DNA of 64,000 nucleotides, taken from positions 13,764,001 to 13,828,000 of the forward strand of contig JBNRSN020000017.1 in NCBI GenBank assembly GCA_051313645.2, written 5' to 3'. Position numbers and translations under genes: made by a program. The DNA comes from Centroscyllium fabricii. Lineage: Eukaryota. Of the stretch, positions 48,625 to 61,019 are shown in pieces; position 1 is the first letter of the stretch, and each line of letters opens with the position of its first letter. A model generated the notes under the pieces. The model did no database searches and had not been told where the DNA came from. It worked only from the letters and a program-made list of their open reading frames with translations.

Positions 48625-50662
48625 CTAAGGGTGCGTAATTGTTCTTTTGCGAGTGCTCCTATGTGGTGCTATCCCTGTGGTGTCAGCAGATGTGGAGGCC
48701 CCCTGCTGAGTGCCCTGCTGCTCCTGTCTGGACACCTTTGGCGGTCGTCCTCTGGGGCGGCGAGCCTGTGGGGGCTCGCTGCCAGTCTGCTGCTCCTGCG
48801 GCTGGGCAGGGTATGAGACTTCCATCTCAGGTGCATGGAGACTCCGGCGGGCCTCTGACCGAGGGCTCTGCAGTGGTGTGGACGTGGGAGTGCTTGGAGA
48901 GGAGCCCCCACTTCCTCCAGCTGCACCACCAACCTCCCTCTCATGGGTCACCTCCCCCTCAGTGCCAGCAAGTGGCTGGACAGCACCTTGCTGCACTTCA
49001 GAGGGGCCATGGGGACCCGCTTCTGCAGTGGAAGTCCTACTCAGAGGGACTTCCACGAAGGTCTGGGTCCTCTGCTCAATAGATGCCACTCGCTGCTCAA
49101 GAGATGTGTATCTATTGTGGACAGTGCCCATGTCTTCGAAAGACTGGCGACTTATGTGCTCGATGGCCGTGGCCATCCTCTCGTCCACGGTCGCTATCCT
49201 TTCCATGGTGGTCGCCATCCTTTCCATGGTGTTCGCCATCCTTTCCATGGTGGTTGCCATCCTTTCCATGGTGATGCGATCATGCACCACTGACTCTGCA
49301 AGGTCGCTTCTCATGCTTGCGACAGACTCCTCCATTCGCATGACACTCGCAGCTACCTGGGAGACAAAACCTGTCAGAGATGCCTGCATCTGTGTCTGGA
49401 GTCCCATCATGTGTCCTCTGCCTGATGGATCCAAAGGCACTGTGTCGACATGCAGCTCAGCTAAGCTGGCAGAGTCCTGCGCCCTCTGACTAGGACTCTG
49501 CACTGCTGTCCCTGTCTCCACAATCTGCTGAGGCTCACTAGTGCTGTCTGAATCACCTGGTGACAAGTCATATGTAGCTCTAGGGGTGCCCACCGAGGTG
49601 CTAGTATCTGCGCTGGTGCCGGGTGGAGTCTGTGGTGCTGACGGTGCACCCTCAGAGGTGGCAGGTTCCTCTGAGGACTGGACAGGGGCGGCCTGGTGCT
49701 GATCTCTGGTTGGCCGTCCAGCTGCGGCTGGGCCTGTGGGGCAGGGCAGTAAAGGCAGAGGTAAGAGATATGTCAGCAAGGTTACATACAGATAGCATTC
49801 AGGAGCTGAGCAGAGCTGCCTCTGCAGTGCTTTTACATTCATTGTGCCAGTCTCATGTGTTACTTGTTAGAGAAATAATTAAACCATGCTGTCACCAGCT
49901 CGAGATTGCATGCCTGCCTCGCCGTCACCCACTCCCGGGGCTTGCCCCTCCCCAACGAGGTCCAGCACTGCCTCCTCCCAGGTGGTGAGCTGCTGGATGG
50001 TGGGGGGTCCTCCTCCGGTCCCGGCGCTGTGCCGCTTGTTGGCGGCTGTCTTTTCCTGCAATGAGGGAGAGAAGTGGAGGTTGAGTGAGAAGGAAGGAGT
50101 TGTTGCAGCGAGTGACCAGCAAAGTTTGTTGTAAGGTGACAAAGATGCAGTGAGCCTGCAAGACCAAAGGCTCTCCCTGTGTGGTGCCAGATGTGCAGCA
50201 AGCATGAGAGTGAGAGGGAGTGTGAGGGCTGACTGGAGGGAAAGGACCGTGAGTGTGAGCATAGATAGAGAGGGAATGGGTAAGGTTGCTTGGAGGTGAT
50301 GGGCAAGTGGGATGTGGAGGAAGGGAGTGGTGAAGATAAGTTGTGGTGAGGAGAGGTGAGGGGGATGAGATTGAGGGTGAGGGGAAATGAATACTTCCTC
50401 TCGCAGTGCGATGAAGGTCATGCAATCTCTTGCGACACTGCAGCCAGGACCGGGGTGTTGTGCCCAAAGAGCTGACCCCCTCAGCCACCTGCTGCCATGC
50501 AGCCTTAGTCTGTGAGGGAGGTCTCTTCCTCCCTGAGGAGGGGAAGAGAACCACCCTATGGGTAGTTGCCCCCTTGAGCAATGCGTCAATGGAGGCATCA
50601 TCAAATTTGGGGGCGGGTCGTCCCCTCGCACTGCCCGATGCAGCACCCTCACGCTCTGCCAT
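48625..50662 (-). CDS. Harbinger Myb/SANT-like (trihelix) partner protein, 3 predicted exons (50399-50662, 49896-50055, 48625-49733), ~510 aa
   Basis: RPAPKF..ALL..W..VA..VS..RSW.QCRKR..DL followed by TGGGP; splice phases match (0 then 1); first donor reads GGAAGT instead of GTAAGT, so it may be inactivated. Confidence 0.8.
49185..49272 (-). repeat. 21-bp tandem repeat encoding heptads (MERMATT)
   Basis: ATCCTTTCCATGGTG.T.GCC repeated about four times. Confidence 0.9.
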
Positions 50663-50950
50663 CCTGCTGAAGGTTGCAGAGCTCTGAGCAGTGCGGGAGG
50701 CGAGCTGTGTTTATTAAAGGAAACCTGAATCCTGACGTCATATTGTGCGACTTTCTGACTGGAAATCGTTGATTGGGAAGGCTTCCCACAGGCGGGTAAT
50801 TAATTGGGTCGTTAGACGAAAATCTCGTGGGAAACGCAGCCACTTAATCGGGCGGGACAAAATCCCGCCCCGACCAATCACCGTCAGTTCCCCGCCATTA
50901 GGGCAAAATTCCGGCCCTGGTCTTCACCCAAGGGAGTCACTTACACCTCG

Positions 50951-51801
50951 CATTTGGAATACTGTGTGCAGTTTTGGTGTCCATACTTAAGAAAGGATGT
51001 ACTTGCTCTGGAGGCAGTGCAGAGAAGGTTTACACGGTTAATTCCAGGGATGAGGGGGTTGACATATGAGGAAAGGTTAAGTAGGTTGGGACTTTACTCA
51101 TTAGAGTTCAGAAGAATGAGAGGCGATCTTATTGAAACGTATAAGATCGTGAGGGGCCTTGATCGGGTGGATGCGCTAAAGATGTTTCCAATGATCGGGG
51201 AGACCAGAACAAGGGGGCATAGTCTTAGAATAAGGGGGGGCTCTTTTAAAACTGAGATGAGGAGAAACTTCTTCACTCAGAGGGTGGTTAATCTATGGAA
51301 TTCGCTGCCTCAGGGAGCTGTGGAAGCGGGAACATTAAATAAATTTAAAATGGAAATAGACTGTTTTTTAGCAGACAAGGGAATTAGGGGTTACGGGGAG
51401 CGGGCAGGGAAGTGGACCTGAGCTATTGTTAGTATAGTAAGACCTGAGTGATCTCCTGGACAAGTTTCGATCGCCTAGATTGGGGTCGGAGAGGAATTTC
51501 CCGGATTTTTTCCCCAAATTGGACCTGGGTTTTTATCCGGTTTTTCGCCTCTCCCAGGAGATCACATGGTTCTTTGGGTGGGATGAAGGGTGATAGTGGT
51601 ATGAAGGTTAGGGTAGGATCAGCCATGATCTTATTGGGTGGCAGAGCGGGCTCAGGGGGCCGATTGGCCTACTCCTGCTCCTATTTCTTGTGTTCTTATG
51701 TTCTTATGTTCAGCCATGAACGCATTAAATGGCGGTGCAGGCTCGAAGGACCGAATGGTCTACTCCTGCACCTATTTTCTATGTTTCTATGTTTCTATGT
51801 T
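50951..51801 (+). mobile_element. CR1 LINE 3' fragment followed by a second CR1-type tail
   Basis: ORF 50954-51421; (TTCTTATG)n tail to ~51710 then CAGCCATGA...(TTTCTATG)n tail. Confidence 0.9.
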
Positions 51802-52579
51802 TCCAGGGTGTTGAAGGCTTGGAAGGCATTCTGCTGTAGGTCCTTCAATGCCTTGAAGGTGAAAGTGACCTAGCCAACTGAGATCCCGCTGGGTTTCACC
51901 GGCGCGGTTTCAGGATGGCGGGTAATGGGTGGGAAGGGCTTAAAAATCACGTGGGGCCCTTAAAATGGGATTACCCATGTCAATTAAGGGCCCCTAATTA
52001 CCTCAATGATCAACCTCACCAGTGGCGGGCGGGAAAGATTTGGATCGGCTGGACACACCGCTCGAAAACCGCAAAGCGGCGGGGATCCGGCGGGAGGGGT
52101 CGGTTTCAGGATTTTAGGCCCCGCCCCACCAGAAACCCGCCCTCACGGCCTGAGGAAAATGCCCCCAAACTCTCACTATTTGCCTTTATTGTAACCTTAC
52201 ATCATTTTTAAGATTTCTATCGGGTCATCCCATAACATTCTCAGCACTGATGTAAAAAGTGTCAGCTCCTCATTTCTCTTAATAATTATAAACTCACATC
52301 CCTGATAACACCTTTGTGAATCTAATTGGACCTTTTTACACTGCTTTTATGTACTTTCGTCGAATGGGGTGCCCTAAACTACATGCAAAACTCTAACCTG
52401 GGTCTAACTAAAGTCTTGTCCAAGAGCCCCTTGCTTTTGTATTTTCTGTCTCTTGATACAAAGTCAAGGACTCTGCTTTCTGGCATTATCTACTTGCACT
52501 GACACCTTTAGTGACCTGTGTAGCAGCAAATCCAGATTCCTCTGCTCCTTTAGTATCTTTAAATCTCATAATTTAAGAT

Positions 52580-52800
52580 AAGAACAGAAGAAGTAGGAGC
52601 AGGAGTCGGCCATACGGCCCTTCGTGCTTGCTCCGCCATTTAATAGGATCATGGTTGATCCGAACTTAGATTCATGTCCACTTCCCTGCCCGCTCCCCAT
52701 AACCCCTTATTCCCTTATCAGCTAGGAAGCTGTCTATTTCCGATTTAAATTTATTTAATGTCCCAGCTTCTGCAGCTCACTGAGGCAGCAAATTCCACAA
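52580..52800 (-). mobile_element. CR1 3' tail fragment within older CR1 remnants
   Basis: AGGAGCAGGAGT.GGCCAT..GGCCC..GCTCCGCCATT; CCCGCTCCCCATAACCCCTTATTCCC. Confidence 0.75.
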
Positions 52801-53091
52801 ATTACTTGCAAAATGTATTGTTTCACATATGTCTACATTGAACTGCAACTGCAACCTATCTGCCCACATTGATAGTCTGTTTATGTTTTCCTGCAGTCTT
52901 TCACAATCCTCGTCACAATTTGCCATTCCCTCAATTTGGAATCATCAACAAATTTCAATATTATTCCTTCAATCCATTAATCCAAATCATTTACGTTTAT
53001 GGTAAATAAGAGCAGCCCCAACTCAGACCCCTGAAGAACACAACTCCCCACATCACCGGGAACATATATCAGAGAATCGGCGTTAGGTGTT

Positions 53092-53391
53092 TGTGGTAAC
53101 CGTTATATGTACTCTTATTACCACCTTAATATTGTTGCCAATATTATACTGTATGTATAGCGGCCGGGTGCATGATACACTGTTCTGTATTGCGACACTG
53201 TCGCGGGGTCAGGTCAGCCACACCTCTAACTCCTCCCCTCAGGTGAGTGCCTTATAGGTGGGGTCTGACCTGCCCCCATTCATTCTGTACCTGATGTTCG
53301 ATCGGAGCGTAGCTCCTTTGTAAGCTAATAAAAGCCTTTAGTTAAGGTAACTACGCGTCTTTAGTTTTATTAGACTATTGACGATACGTCA
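53092..53391 (+). mobile_element. Solo LTR
   Basis: TGTGGTAAC...TACGTCA, TSD GTGTT, AATAAAAGCC. Confidence 0.92.
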
Positions 53392-54401
53392 GTGTTGTGC
53401 CCTATCTTCAATCTACTCTCCCTTCAAGGGTGGCTTCTGGTGGAATTACATGACCAGGGAATTACTAGATAGACAGACAGATATATAAAGCCTTAGTGCA
53501 TCACAGTGGTGCAGAGTATTGGGTTACAGATATGCATTTGAGGTCATGATTCCTGAAATGCTGAGATCACAGTCTCAGCCGTGACACCTGAACAACCGGG
53601 TGGCGGTCAGGCGCCAAAGGCGACGAAAAACATGGTGAGTTCCTCTGAACTACTTCTTCCATCCCCTGGTGGCCAGTAATAGATTGGCATTTCCAGAGAC
53701 CTGGGAGCAGATTGACTTGCTTTCGCTCTTAGCAGGGGGTGTTGAGTGGGCTGTAAAGAGCGACAGGGGGGCAGACTAGGTGTTATCTTTCATAAAGCCA
53801 TCATTCAGCCATTGTAGATTATATTTTCTGTGTCTGTGTTGGGAGGGTTGAATAGACATTGTGAAAGGGTTGAAAATATGGTATTGTATTCAGCCAAGAA
53901 TTTTAAAACACTTAAAACTTTTGAGAGTGCTGTAAATTCAGAGGAGATTTTGTTAATTTGATTTTAAATTAAAAAGAAATCTGTGCAGAATATTGTAATT
54001 TGCTGCTGTATTCTACAAACTGAAGTTACTTATGACGATGGAGTTATGAGACGGACACTGAATACATATCAAAATAAAATACAAGTGGGTCAGAAATTAG
54101 GTACTTAAAAAATGCACGTTAATCTGGTGCATTTAGTTGCTATATAGTCTTTAATTGTTTCCTGTTTTATGAATAGTTTTATTGCACACCTGATCTAAAG
54201 TGTAAGAATTCGTATGACCAAGCTAATGATAGATTAGTACGTGTGAATGGTGGTTCGATCGAATTCTTGAAAGCTGTTTTGGAGGGATGGAAGAGGGGTG
54301 TGGGGTGGGGGAAGTGGTCTTGGAGAAAAGTGCTATGAAGCACTGATTCCCTTTTGATGTCCCCTTCTGAGGCTGGTAAATGTTTGATACGCACATACCC
54401 T

Positions 54402-54652
54402 TGTGGTAACCATATTACCACTTGTGTACAGCTGTATATAGTTGCGAGTACATTGTGTGTAGAATACTGTATGTAAGGCCAGGTCAGCCACACCTCTAAC
54501 TCCTCCCCTCAGGTGGGAGCTTATAGGTAAGGTCTGCCCTGCCCCCAGTCATTCTTGCCTTGTGTTCAACTGGAGACTAGCTCCATCTTCAAGTTAATAA
54601 AAGCCTGTAGTTAAGGTAACTACTCGTCTTTTGTATTATTGACGATACGTCA
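54402..54652 (+). mobile_element. Solo LTR
   Basis: TGTGGTAAC...TACGTCA, TSD ACCCT, AATAAAAGCC. Confidence 0.92.
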
Positions 54653-56378
54653 ACCCTTCAGTGTTCTAGAACACAAATGTGGATTCTGTCCATATTAATA
54701 GGGATCACAGTGAGACCAAAAACTACAGAGGAACCTTGTTCCCAGAAGTTCTTAAGACGGTTAGCTGGGCTGTTGAGACAGGTAAATCCAATGCTTTGGA
54801 GGCCGCAGTGTTATCAGAAAAGAACAGAATTTTATCCAGTTCCAAAACCTATGCAGATGGAGGACTGTCGAAATTGAGGCGCTTGTCCATCCTATTCAAT
54901 GTCTTCATCATTGATGTTTTGACTAACATTGTAATGGGTGGTCTGGGAGTGTCTGTTCTGGGTATTTGTGAAAACATTGTGGTGCTTTCTTCGCTAATGA
55001 TTTGGTGGTGGTGGCGGATTCAGCTGGGGATTAGTGTGCTCTGCTCACTATCTTTAACAGTGAATTCCCCAAGTCTGGTATTCTGGCTTTGCATCGTTCA
55101 GGTGAATATCTCCATGGTATTGCTCGGAAGATACAAGGGGCCAATTGTTGATTTGTGTCATTACCTGATTGTTCAGGTGGATAACAAGTTTAGGCTGTAC
55201 ACATTCCTTGTGGATTGCACTAAACAAGTGCAAATCGTGCTTTGTCCTTTTCTTCAGTGGGAGTGAAGTTACAATGCAGGTGAAGTTTGTGGCATAGAAA
55301 GAATACTCCTTTATGGTTCAAAACACCAAGGCACAAAACAGAAGGGATTCCATCAGCTCATGTGCACAATCCAAGTCCAACCATGAGGTGGATCGCTGGC
55401 AAAAAGGGGAAACAGTTTCAGCAAGATAGAGCTCTGGCCTTCATTAACTTATGTTCAGCACCCTGGAAGGGGTGTCCTCACACATGTCCCTTTATCACTT
55501 GCATGAGGATCGCGATTAAACAACTGGGGACGATAGGTTCTGCAGCTTTGTAATTAGACACCTAGCACATCAAGGTGGGTGGTACTAACACACAGGTCCT
55601 TCCAGCACAGAGAAGATGAATATTCATCCTATTTCATATACTTCAAATATAATTTCAAATTCTGGTTCATTCAAGTGCGGGATTGCCTAAGAAAACTGAC
55701 TCTCAACATCCAAAGAAAAATGAGCAGCATGAAATAATCACAGAATGGTAAATGAGGCAATATATTTATACTTGGAAGTAATTTTGTTGTGGTTATGTGT
55801 GTGTATATATACATATATATATTCTATAATATTTGTATAATATAGAAAAATATTCAAGGGCAGAAGGCAAGAGTTTCAGATGTCCAGGAGGGTTAATGTT
55901 GATTTCTAGGAGGAGTTGCACAAAGTCAACTATCCACCCTGCTGAGAATTTTAAAGGCCAATCTTCTCAGATGGGATTGCCTCGTCCCCTCTTCCTCCCT
56001 TGAATTGGTAAAGAAAATAAATATTCTCCTCCCAAACAAATGCCCATCTCAGTCCTGTCAAAATGCTAAGTGATTTTAAACCATGCACTTATCAAGATGA
56101 TATTATCTGGCAAAACAGCATTACCCAGACTTTTACCCCGTCAACTCCCAAGACATAAATGAGTTATTGCTTGTTCACACTTAAGATATATTATGTTTGG
56201 CTTTCCAAGTGCACAGTGTAGCTCACTGGTGCTCAAACTGCAGATGGTTGAACCCGGAGGAGGGTGGGTGCAGCTGTTATCGGCATCATTCTTGCTGTTC
56301 AGGGACAATCACTTTCTGTGAGATTGAATTTTCTATATGGGATGAGTTCTGCAGCCGGCTGGATCAAGGTATACCGGG

Positions 56379-56771
56379 TAGAAACATAGAAACATAGAAG
56401 ATAGGAGCAGGAGTAGGCCATTCGGCCCTTCGAGCCTGCTCCGCCATTCAATGAGATCATGGCTGATCATCCAAACCCAGTACCCTGTCCCTGTCTTGTC
56501 CCCATATCCCTATTGAGCCTGCACCAATACATATCCCACCCTATCCCCACATATTCAATCCCCCTAACACTAAGGGTCAATTTATCCTGGCCAATCAACC
56601 TAACCCGCACATCTTTGGACTGTGGGAGGAAACCGGAGCACCCGGAGGAAACCCACGCAGACACGGGGAGAATGTGCAAACTCCACACAGATAGTACCCG
56701 AGGCTGGATTTGAACCCGGGTCTCCAGTGCTGTGAGACAACAGTGCTAACCACTGTGCCACCGTGCCGCCC
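56379..56771 (-). mobile_element. HE1-type V-SINE, full length
   Basis: tRNA head, V-domain, CR1 tail. Confidence 0.92.
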
Positions 56772-58070
56772 TTCCCTTGCTCAGACACATCTATGCTTTC
56801 TCCCAAGCCAACAATATAATCAGTTTTTAACTTCATACCAAGAGGGTATTAAATAGGTCCATAATGTAACTGTCAGCATAATACATTCTTCTGAATAAAT
56901 ATGAATCAGCCAAAATGGTCTGTTACAGGCAGCCCTAGGTCCAGTACTTTTAAAGAACTTAAGGAGGCGAAAGTCAACAATTTGCATCCACAGTATTTTG
57001 CTATTATATTTATATCTGGGAGTGATTATAAAGAAGTAATTTCATTAAGTTTTTATGAAGCTATCATATACTCTGACTGCAATTTTCAAGGCTACAGCAT
57101 GTCTCACACTTTTAATTCTGTTGCTGGCATTAAAAAAATCTGTTACACTTTTCTGGTTGGCTCCCATGACCACGATTTGTTAACTTAACCGTACTGATTC
57201 ACTCAACTATACACAGATAAGTAAAGCTGCCAGTCAAAAGTCAGCAACTCATACGACCAGTCAAATCGTAGAAGCAATTTATTCTGATTTACGTCTGTGG
57301 TCATGTTCTTTTTCAGCCAGCCATCTATAAATACACCAAACCCCCCAAATTTATAACATTAATAAAAGGCTGAATTAATTCACAAAACCATCTTTAAACT
57401 TACCCATAAAATTGACCATTTCCCTCTAGACATTTGTCTAGTCCCATGCCTCCAATACTCCAAGACCGCTAAACAGAACTGCAAGAAATCCCCTATATAT
57501 AGATAGAAATATTAATATTTCAGGCACTTTTTTAACCAGACTCAAGATGTTTCAAGTAAATATTTTGAAGATTTGTATAGTAAATAGAGAATTATGTTAT
57601 CTAGCTGATCTGATCAATACATTTGCCAAATAAGGACTTTGTACAATTGTACAGAAAAGAAACATTTACTCTGAAAAATATTTACTTTTCCTGTTGCCTG
57701 TGAGGAATGTCATGGGACACCGCTAGATTAGAATATACATTGAATTTGGTTTTTTTTAAATGTAAAATATATTTAATTCCCTTTGTTTTGTGTCTTTCGA
57801 TTGCTGTTAAAGGAGTGTAAACCCTCTGTTTCTGACATAAGACCTGCAGTGTTACTGAGTAACTTTGAATAGATTGGTAAACATTTGTTGCTGTGAACAG
57901 TTAAAGCAGTTGTAGTAATATTTCTCTAATGCATGCTGCTACTTTTGTGCCTGAAAGCTTCAAATGCTTGGATTTGAATAAGGTAAAATGTTTACAAATG
58001 TTGTCAAGAAAATGAATGTAACTTTTAAAAAGTTACATTTTAACTAAGCCGATACAAGAAGAGAGGAAAA

Positions 58071-58394
58071 CTGTTGCCTCACAGCACTGGAGATCCGGGT
58101 TCAAATCCAGCCTCGGGTACTATCTGTGTGGAGTTTGCACATTCTCCCCGTGTCTGCGTGGGTTTCCTCCGGGTGCTCCGGTTTCCTCCCACAGTCCAAA
58201 GATGTGCGGGTTAGGTTGATTGGCCAGGATAAATTGACCCTTAGTGTTAGGGGGATTGAATGTGTGGGGTTACGGCGATAGGGTGGGATATGGGTCGGTG
58301 CAGTCTCGAGAGGGATCGAGGGATATGGGGACAAGGCAGGGACAGGGTAACGAATGGCCTCCTCCTGCTCCTATCTTCTATGTTTCTATGTTTC
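58071..58394 (+). mobile_element. HE1-type V-SINE, slightly truncated with a tail deletion
   Basis: B box, V-domain, CR1 tail. Confidence 0.88.
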
Positions 58395-58977
58395 ATGACA
58401 TATTGTACACTGACAGCTCTCAATAAGGTCTGGTTGTTGTGAAGTCCAGTGTTTGTGAAGCTTGCTTTTGATGAATTTTTAAAACAATTCTGTTAAGACC
58501 TTTATTGAACTTTAGCTGTTTCAGGTGTCATTTACTGTGAGACAACTACACAGAGTAGAAGTTTTGCTTGAATTTAGAAAAGAAGGAATGTGTGTGGGTG
58601 ATGTCCTAAATCTAGACTAAAGCTTTGTTAGATGGCAATTAGTGTAATAGAAATTACAGCACAGAAGTGGGCCATTGGGCCTGTGAAGGTGCCAGCTTTT
58701 CAACTGGTGCCATCTACTCCAATTCTATTTCACTGTTCTTTCCCTGAATCCGTTTAGATTGTTTTTCAAACATTTAAGCAATTTCCTTTTTCAATTATAT
58801 CGTAATCTCTTCATCAATTGCCACTTATAAAGCAATCCACATTCTAATAGCCCATGTGAAAACATTCTTCCAACTTCCTCCTTCATTTTTTGAGTGGTAA
58901 TCCTTTGTCCCTCTGTTACTAATTCAACAACCTTTATCTTTGAGTTAATTTCCTAGTTTGATGCAGAGAATTCCAGA

Positions 58978-59513
58978 TTTTTTTTTTTTAATTCATTGAT
59001 GGGATGTGGGCGTCGCTGGCTGGCTAGGCCTGCATTTAGTGCCCATCCCTAATTGCCCTTGAGAAGATGGTGGTGAGCCACCTTCTTGAACCGCTGCAGT
59101 CCATATGGTGTAGGTACACCCACAATGTTGTTGGGAAGGGAGTTCCAGGATTTTGGCCCAGCGACAGTGAAGGAGCGGCGATACAGGTCCAAGTCAGGAT
59201 GGTGTGTGGCTTGGAGGGGAACTTGTAGGTGGTGCTGTTCCCATGCGTCTGCTGCCCTTGTCCTTCTAAGTGGTAGAGGTTGCGGGTTTGGAAGGTGCTG
59301 TTGAAGGAGCTTTGGCGAGTTGCTGCAGTGCATCTTGTAGATGGTACACACTGCAGCCACAGTGCGCCAGTGGTGGAGGGAGTGAATGTTGAAGGTGGTG
59401 GATGGGGTGCCAATCAAGCGGCCTGCTTTATCCTGAATGGTGTTGAGCTTCTTGAGTGTTGTTGGAGCTGCACTCATCCAGGCAAGTGGAGAGTATTCCA
59501 TCACACTCCTGAT
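58978..59513 (-). mobile_element. 3' fragment of the LINE family of 12383-20610
   Basis: Near-identical to 12383-12805 joined to 17898-18007; gives the uninterrupted sequence across the Gypsy insertion site. Confidence 0.93.
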
Positions 59514-61019
59514 TTCAGCCACCTTTTGAATAAAGAATTTTTTTCAAACTTCCCGTTTAATTTTTTTTGTGACCATCGTAAATGTGTCCCCCATTTTGTG
59601 AACCATTGAAAAACATTGGTGTTACAATTCCACAGGGGTTCCTCTGATCTCCTGCTGTATCCCTATTTTATGATGTTTCTTTGGAGATTTCGCTGGTGTT
59701 CTGCCAGAGTCAGAAGGCTGGTAGAACCCCCATGTAATTTCACTGCCTCTATCACTATTAACCTTATCTTAACCGTTCATTATCTTGAAAGCTATCCTGC
59801 CCAGGGCAGTCAGCAACATGAAGGGAGTGAGGTACAGGCTGTCCCAGAGTCAGTAGAAGAGTATCTGGGGCTGGGAAGGCACGTGGGCTGAGGAGGCCTG
59901 GGGTTAGTCTGTGGGGTAGAGAGGCAGGTGCCTGGGAGAGAGTGGACAGGCCTGGGCTTTGATGTAGATTGGATGGTCTGTGGAGAAGGAGGAGTGGCTG
60001 GGAATGGGCAGTACCCAGGAAAAGAGGAGGGAGCAAAAAGGATGCCGGGACATGATGGTAGTCAAGCAAAGCGGCTAGGTTCTGGCAGCAGTTGGGGAAG
60101 TGGGGTCTGTGATCTGGCAGCGCTTGGAATCTAGGGTCTGGCAGTACTCAAAGGCAGTGGGTCTAGCAGCACTCGAGAGGGCGGGGGCTGGCAGTACTTA
60201 AGGGAGGCTGGGGTCGGGCATTCCTTCGGGAAAGGTATTTCAGTCTGGATACTTTGCATTCTACGAACATGTTCAATTTCCCATGGGCTATGGACATGTT
60301 GGACAATTGCAGGTGCAAAGCCTTTAATGATATAGAGAATTAACAATTGTATCCAACTGATGTGTAAAGAAAACTTGATACCTGTACTAGCATTTCATGT
60401 AGTTATCAGAAAAAAATATATTATATTTGAAGTAGACACCTAATTGTTCGATTTTTTTGCATTTAGTTGGCTATTCCACCATTTTACTTTACAGTGATTG
60501 AATAGATGCTTCCATTGCGTATTCCAATACTTTAAGTATGCCATGTGTGTGCAGATCTCTGTCAGGAATGGGCTGAACCCTGATGAGTTGTACTGTATGG
60601 TATGAAAACTGAAGCTGCCAATCTGTATTTCTACTTATAATTAAGTCACAAGGGCAAGTTTCCTATGTGTCGGCAACAATGACTTTTGATGGGTGACATG
60701 GATGCCTTATGTAGCTTGAATAAGTGGACATTTCACATATATTATTTATGATTTGTTTACTAAGCTGATATGAGTTCAGAGCTCTAGAAAATCACTCTAC
60801 ACTTGTTGAATGGAAGTTCCTGTTGAATTAAAATGAAAGTTCAACATTTTTCTGTTTACCCGACTGTTGTGACGAAGATCAATGTAAAAAAATTGGACAC
60901 AAAAATTTGTGAGTTTTAAAACAAAGAAAGCAGCTGATGAAAGTGATGAAAACCAGGTTTTTATTATCCCTTTTAAAATTTTGTTTTAATATCCATTAGT
61001 GTAATTACTGGTGTAAATC

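Larger units (their letters stand above)
45578..50916. mobile_element. Two-gene Harbinger transposon (Harbinger3_DR-like architecture)
   Basis: Imperfect TIRs GGGGCGAATTTT / AAAATTCCGGCC, TSD CTG, convergent transposase and Myb-like genes. Confidence 0.9.
45172..52166. mobile_element. Related MITE split by the autonomous Harbinger and by CR1
   Basis: Pieces 45172-45577, 50920-50950 and ~51802-52166 join collinearly and align to 44393-45168. Confidence 0.72.

Noticed and set aside
54679-55266. 195-aa ORF
   Set aside because: No recognisable domain or splice context; likely a chance ORF or decayed repeat.
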